Shown here one piece after another: positions 57,359 to 64,000 of a DNA stretch of 64,000 nt (within the stretch, counting starts at the first letter, position 1; each line of letters opens with the position of its first letter). This stretch comes from the human T2T-CHM13v2.0 reference genome, Homo sapiens. The stretch lies in the NCBI RefSeq assembly GCF_009914755.1, contig NC_060948.1; one strand, 5' to 3'. A program made the translations under genes and the position numbers. Under the pieces are notes generated by a model, which was not told the DNA's origin, ran no database searches, and worked only from the letters and a program-made list of their open reading frames with translations.

Positions 57359-60300
57359 GGCCTGGAATAAAGTGGAATGCTACGGTCTCGAATGGAATAA
57401 AAATGTATGGAATGGAATGCAATGAAACGGAATCGAATGTCATAGAATGTAATGGAATGCAAAAAAATGGAATCCAAAATCATTGACTGGAAAGTCTGGG
57501 TGTCGAAAGGAATTGACTCCAATGGAATGGAATCGAATGGAATGGAAGTGAATAGAATCGAACTAAATCGAATGGAATGGAATTGATAGGAACGGAATGG
57601 AAAGGAATGCAATGATTTGGCATGGAATGGAATCGAATGGCATCGAATGGAATGGAATGGAATGCAATGGAATGGAATGTATTAGAATGTAATGAACTTT
57701 AATGGAATGTACTCGAATGGATTCGACTGGAATGGAATGTTCTGGAAGTGAATGGACTCCAATGGAATGGATTCAAAAGGAATGGAATCGTACGGAATGG
57801 AATCTAATGGAATGGAATTAAATGGAAATGAATCAAATTGAATAGCACGGAATTGAATTGAATGGAATCGAATGCAATGGAATCTAATGAAACGGAAAGG
57901 AAAGGAATGCAATGGAATGGAATGGAATGGAATGCAAATGAATCGAAACGAATGGAATGGAATCGAACTGAAGAGACTGGAATGGAATGCACTGGAATGG
58001 AAGGGAGTGTAATGGAAGGTTCTCGAAAAAAATGGAATCGAATGGAATGGAATTGAATGGAACGGAATAGAGTCGAATGGAATTGAATGGAATGGAATGG
58101 ACTAGAGTGAAATGGAATCGAACCACAAGGAATGGACAGGAATAGAATGGTCTCGAATTGAATGGAATCGTATGGAATGGCATCAAACGGAATGGAAAGG
58201 ACAGCCACGGAATGGAATGCACTCGAATGCAACGGAGTCGAAACTAATGGACTGGAATAGAATGGACTCGACTGGTACGGACTCCAATGGAATGGAATCG
58301 AATGGAAGGGAATCGAACGGAATGGACTCGAAGGGAAAAGACTGCAATGGAAAGGTCTCGAATGGAATGGAAATTAATGGAATGGAATGGAATCGAATGA
58401 AATGGAGTCAAAAGGAATGGAATCGAATGGCAAGAAATCGAATGTAATGGAATCGCAAGGAATTGATGTGAACGGAACGGAATGGAATGGAATCCAAAGG
58501 AATGGAATAGAATGGAATGGAATCGAATGGAAAGGACTGGAATGGAAATCACTCGAATAGAATGCAATTTAATAAAATAGGGTCAAATGTAATGGAATGG
58601 AATGGAAAGGAATCGAAACGAAAGGAATGGAGACAGATGGAATGGAATGGGACAAAGAGCAATGGTATAGAATGGAATGGAATCATCTGGAATGGAATTG
58701 AATGGAATGGAATAATATGAAATGGAATGGAATGGAATGGAATGGAATGCCCTTGAATTAAATGGACTGGAATGGAATGGACTCGAACAGAGTGGAATGG
58801 AAAGTGTGGAGATAGAATGGAATGGACTCTTTTGGAATGGTCTAGTATGCAATGCAATCGACTGGCAGGGAATCAAAAGGAATGTAATCGAATGCATTAG
58901 ACTGGAATGCAATGGACTCGAATAGATTGGAAACGGAATGCAAAGGAATGGAATGGAATAGTATGGAATGGAATGGAAAGGAATGGAGTGGAATAGACTA
59001 GAGTGGAATGGAATGGACTGGAAAGCAATGGACTGGAATGGAACTTTCTTGAATGGACTGGAATCAAACGGAATGGAATGCAATGCAATCAAATGGCATG
59101 GAATAAAATAGAATGAAAGAGAATCAAATGGAATTGAATCGAATGGAATCGAATGGATTGGAAAGGAATAGAATGGAATGGAATGGAATTGACTCAAATG
59201 GAATGGACTAGAATGGAATGGATTCGAATGGAAGGCAAAGGAATGGAATCTATTGGAATGGACTGTAATGGAATGGAATGGAAGGGATTGGAATGGACTC
59301 GAATGGAATGGACTGCAATAGAAAGGATTCGAATGGAATGAAAAAGAGTTGAATGGAATAGAACAGAATGGAATCAAATCGAATGAAATGGAATGGAATA
59401 GAAAGGAATGGAATGAAATGGAATGGAAAGGATTCGAATGGAATGCAATCGAATGGAATGGAATCGAACGGAATGGAATAAAATGGAAGAAAACTGGCAA
59501 GAAATGGAATCGAAATGAATGGAGTGTTATGGAACGGACTCAAAAGGAATTGAATGTAATAGAATGGAGTGGAGTGGACTCGAATATAATGGACTGGAAT
59601 GGAATGAAATCACATGGAATGGGAACGAATGGAATGGAATGGAAAGGAATGGAATCGAATGGAAAGGAATCGAATGGAAGGGAATGAAATTGAATCAACA
59701 GGAATGGAAGGGAATAGAATAGACGGTAATGGAATGGACTCGAATAGAATGGACACGAATGCTCAAATTGAATGGACTCGAATGGAATGGAAACGAAAGG
59801 AATGTCATCGAATGGAATTGAATCGATTGGAATGAAATCGCATAGAATGGAGTGGAATCAATGGAATTGAATCGAAAGGAAAGGAAGCGAATGGACTGAA
59901 ATGAAATGGAATGGAATTGAATGGAAAGTAATGCAATGGAATAGAATGGAACGAAATTTCACGGAATGGAATCAAACTGAATGGAATCAAATCAATGGAA
60001 TCAAATCAAATGGAATGGAAAGGAATTGAATGGAGTAGATTGGATTGGATGGGATTGGAATGAAATGTACTGGAAAGGACTCGAATTTCATGAAACGGAA
60101 TGGAATGAATTGGAACGGAATGGACTCGAATGGAATGGAATGTCATGGAATGGCATCAAATGGAATGGCATCAAATGGAATGGAATCGAATGCAATGGAA
60201 TGCTATGGAATGGAATGGAATGCATTGGAATGGAATGTCCTCTAATGGAATGGATTCGAGTGGAATGGAATCGAATATAATGGAGTCGAATGAAAAGGAA

Positions 60301-60925
60301 TTGAAAGAATGGGATCGAATACAATGGAATATACTGGAATGTAATGTAATGAACTCGAATGTAATTGACTGGAATGGAATGTACATGAATGGAATGTAAT
60401 CGAATGGAAAGTAATCCAATGGAATAGAATCTAATGCAATAAAATCGACTCAGATAGAGTAGAATGTAATGGAATGGAGTGCAGTGCAATGGAATGGAAT
60501 GGAATGGAATGCAATGGAATGGAATGGAATGGAATGGAATGGAATGGAATGGAATGGAATGGGATGGAATGGTATGGAATGGATAGTAATGGACTGGAAT
60601 GAAATGGACTGGAAAAGAATGGACTCAAATTGAAAGGGCTCGAAAGGAATGGAGTCAAATGGAATGGTCTGGAATGGAATGAACACGAATGTAATGCAAT
60701 CCAATAGAATGGAATCGAATGGCATGGAATATAAAGAAATGGAATCGAAGAGAATGGAAACAAATGGAATGGAATTGAATGGAATGGAATTGAATGGAAT
60801 GGGAACGAATGGAGTGAAATTGTATGCAGTAGAAGAGAATAGAATGGAATTCAAGCGAAAGGAAAGGAATGGATTGCAATGGAATGGAATTCATTGGAAT
60901 GGAAGGGAATGTAGTGTAATGGACA
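57359..60925 (+). repeat. DYZ1 unit U17, 3567 bp, mosaic (U8-like then B)
   Basis: GGCC-to-GGCC; marker switch near 58810-58830. Confidence 0.88.
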
Positions 60926-63900
60926 GGCCTGGAATAAAGTGGAATGTTACGGTCTCGAATGGAATAAAAATGTATGGAATGGAATGCAATGAAACGGAAT
61001 CGAATGTCATAGAATGTAATGGAATGCAAAAAAATGGAATCCAAAATCATTGACTGGAAAGGCTGGGTGTCGAAAGGAATTGACTCCAATGGAATGGAAT
61101 CGAATGGAATGGAAGTGAATAGAATCGAACTAAATCGAATGGAATGGAATTGATAGGAACGGAATGGAAAGGAATGCAATGATTTGGCATGGAATGGAAT
61201 CGAATGGCATCGAATGGAATGGAATGGAATGCAATGGAATGGAATGTATTAGAATGTAATGAACATTAATGGAATGTACTCGAATGGATTCGACTGGAAT
61301 GGAATGTTCTGGAAGTGAATGGACTCCAATGGAATGGATTCGAAAGGAATGGAATCGAACGGAATGGAATCTAATGGAATGGAATTAAATGGAAATGAAT
61401 CAAATTGAATAGCACGGAATTGAATTGAATGGAATCGAATGCAATGGAATCTAATGAAACGGAAAGGAAAGGAATGGAATGGAATGGAATGGGCTGGAAT
61501 GGAAAGGAATCGAAACGAATGGAATGGAATCGAACTGAAGAGACTGGAATGGAATGCACTGGAATGGAAGGGAGTGTAATGGAAGGTTCTCGAAAATAAT
61601 GGAAGCAAATGGAATGGAATTGAATGGAACGGAATAGAGTCGAATGGAATTGAATGGAATGGAATGGACTAGAGTGAAATGGAATCGAACCACAAGGAAT
61701 GGACAGGAATAGAATGGTCTCGAATTGAATGGAATCGTATGGAATGGCATCAAACGGAATGGAATGGACAGCCACGGAATGGAATGCACTCGAATGCAAT
61801 GGAGTCGAAACTTATGGACTGGAATAGAATGGACTCGACTGGTACGGACTCCAATGGAATGGAATCGAATGGAAGGGATTCGAACGGAATGGACTCGAAG
61901 GGAAAAGACTGCAATGGAAAGGTCTCGAATGGAATGGAAATTAATGGAATGGAATGGAATCGAATGAAATGGAGTCAAAAGGAATGGAATCGAATGGCAA
62001 GAAATCGAATGTAATGGAATCGCAAGGAATTGATGTGAACGGAACGGAATGGAATGGAATCCAAAGGAATGGAATAGAATGGAATGGAATCGAATGGAAA
62101 GGACTCGAATGGAAATCACTCGAATAGAATGCAATTTAATAAAATAGGATCAAATGTAATTGAATAGAATGGAAAGGAATCGAAACGAAAGGAATGGAGA
62201 CAGATGGAATGGAATGGAACAGAGAGCAATGGTATAGAATGGAATGGAATCATCTGGAATGGAATTGAATGGAATGGAATAATATGAAATGGAATGGAAT
62301 GGAATGGAATGGAATGCCCTTGAATTAAATGGACTGGAATGGAATGGACTCGAACAGAGTGGAATGGAAAGTGTTGAGATAGAATGGAATGGACTCTTTT
62401 GGAATGGTCTAGTATGCAATGCAATCGACTGGCAGGGAATCAAAAGGAATGTAATCGAATGGATTAGACTGGAATGCAATGGACTCGAATAGATTGGAAA
62501 CGGAATGCAAAGGAATGGAATGGAATAGTATGGAATGGAATGGAAAGGAATGGAGTGGAATAGACTAGAGTGGAATGGAATGGACTGGAAAGCAATGGAC
62601 TGGAATGGAACTTTCTTGAATGGACTGGAATCAAACGGAATGGAATGCAATGCAATCAAATGGCATGGAATAAAATAGAATGAAAGAGAATCAAATGGAA
62701 TTGAATCGAATGGAATCGAATGGATTGGAAAGGAATAGAATGGAATGGAATGGAATTGACTCAAATGGAATGGACTAGAATGGAATGGATTCGAATGGAA
62801 GGCAAAGGAATGGAATCTATTGGAATGGACTGTAATGGAATGGAATGGAAGGGATTGGAATGGACTCGAATGGAATGGACTGCAATAGAAAGGATTCGAA
62901 TGGAATGAAAAAGAGTTGAATGGAATAGAACAGAATGGAATCAAATCGAATGAAATGGAATGGAATAGAAAGGAATGGAATGAAATGGAATGGAAAGGAT
63001 TCGAATGGAATGCAATCGAATGGAATGGAATCGAACGGAATGGAATAAAATGGAAGAAAACTGGCAAGAAATGGAATCGAAATGAATGGAGTGTTATGGA
63101 ACGGACTCAAAAGGAATTGAATGTAATAGAATGGAGTGGAGTGGACTCGAATATAATGGACTGGAATGGAATGAAATCACATGGAATGGGAACGAATGGA
63201 ATGGAATGGAAAGGAATGGAATCGAATGGAAAGGAATCGAATGGAAGGGAATGAAATTGAATCAACAGGAATGGAAGGGAATAGAATAGACGGTAATGGA
63301 ATGGACTCGAATAGAATGGACACGAATGCTCAAATTGAATGGACTCGAATGGAATGGAAACGAAAGGAATGTCATCGAATGGAATTGAATCGATTGGAAT
63401 GAAATCGCATAGAATGGAGTGGAATCAAATGGAATTGAATCGAAAGGAAAGGAAGCGAATGGACTGAAATGAAATGGAATGGAATTGAATGGAAAGTAAT
63501 GCAATGGAATAGAATGGAACGAAATTTCACGGAATGGAATCAAACTGAATGGAATCAAATCAATGGAATCAAATCAAATGGAATGGAAAGGAATTGAATG
63601 GAGTAGATTGGATTGGATGGGATTGGAATGAAATGTACTGGAAAGGACTCGAATTTCATGAAACGGAATGGAATGAATTGGAACGGAATGGACTCGAATG
63701 GAATGGAATGTCATGGAATGGCATCAAATGGAATGGCATCAAATGGAATGGAATCGAATGCAATGGAATGCTATGGAATGGAATGGAATGCATTGGAATG
63801 GAATGTCCTCTAATGGAATGGATTCGAGTGGAATGGAATCGAATATAATGGAGTCGAATGAAAAGGAATTGAAAGGAATGGGATCGAATACAATGGAATA

Positions 63901-64000
63901 TACTGGAATGTAATGTAATGAACTCGAATGTAATTGACTGGAATGGAATGTACATGAATGGAATGTAATCGAATGGAAAGTAATCCAATGGAATAGAATC
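60926..64000 (+). repeat. Partial DYZ1 unit U18, subfamily B
   Basis: B markers at ~61595, ~61811, ~61877; truncated by the window end. Confidence 0.88.

Larger units (their letters stand above)
1..64000 (+). repeat. DYZ1: Human satellite 3 array, DYZ1-type (Yq12 heterochromatin); degenerate (GGAAT)n with ~3.55 kb higher-order unit, ~18 copies head-to-tail
   Basis: The GGAAT/AATGG pentamer and its variants run throughout. The landmark ACAGGCCT has GGCC at 504, 4062, 7620, 11178, 14757, 18296, 21860, 25404, 28901, 32460, 36028, 39567, 43111, 46659, 50227, 53796, 57359, 60926, with one EcoRI site ~39 bp upstream of each. The classic DYZ1 unit is a ~3.56 kb EcoRI / ~3.4 kb HaeIII repeat. Purine-rich strand is always +. 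Confidence 0.96.

Noticed and set aside
12417-63067. Long minus-strand ORFs (up to 305-313 aa, FHSIP-rich) recurring in each unit
   Set aside because: (CATTC)n has no stop codon in any frame and translates to FHSIP repeats. ORF lengths change with random 1-bp indels between units, most starts are alternative codons, and no domain or splice structure is evident.
332-63913. Plus-strand MEWNG-repeat ORFs (60-184 aa)
   Set aside because: These are translations of (GGAAT)n, where ATG occurs in almost every pentamer pair. They are useful only as alignment landmarks.
1-64000. CRISPR-like or prokaryotic repeat-spacer system
   Set aside because: There are no unique spacers, no cas genes and no prokaryotic gene structure; inter-repeat sequence is the same satellite in every unit.
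1-64000. Embedded insertion (Alu, L1, DYZ2 block), inversion or unique island
   Set aside because: Every inter-GGCC interval is 3497-3579 bp, landmarks stay in order, and no CATTC-strand segment or AT-rich/Alu sequence was seen.
1-64000. HSat2 or autosomal HSat3 (e.g. chr9) identity; 1.77 kb half-unit
   Set aside because: The regular CATTCGATTC-based HSat2 pattern is not dominant, landmarks recur only at ~3.55 kb and not at ~1.8 kb, and Y-repeat primer sites match.

Overview
The whole window is one uninterrupted, single-orientation tandem array of degenerate (GGAAT)n pentamers, i.e. human satellite 3. It is organised as about 18 copies of a ~3.55 kb higher-order unit (HaeIII/StuI-to-HaeIII spacings 3497-3579 bp, mean ~3554). 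The unit length, the single EcoRI and HaeIII site per unit and matches to primer sequences I recall for the Y-repeat assays point to DYZ1, the human Yq12 heterochromatin repeat. I see no genes, RNA genes, transposons, DYZ2 blocks or inversions; all listed ORFs are by-products of the pentamer. Units are labelled U1-U18 from each GGCC site. Main observations: (1) each unit carries up to three perfect in-phase nGAAnnTTCnnGAAn heat-shock elements, 49 intact copies in total; (2) variants are repeatedly shared between units n and n+2, suggesting a cryptic ~7.1 kb dimer; (3) subfamily blocks, mosaic units and a very recent 3569-bp duplication; (4) a hypervariable pentamer tract in each unit; (5) strict 5-bp phase broken at only four fixed sites. 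Counts were made by eye and need checking by alignment.
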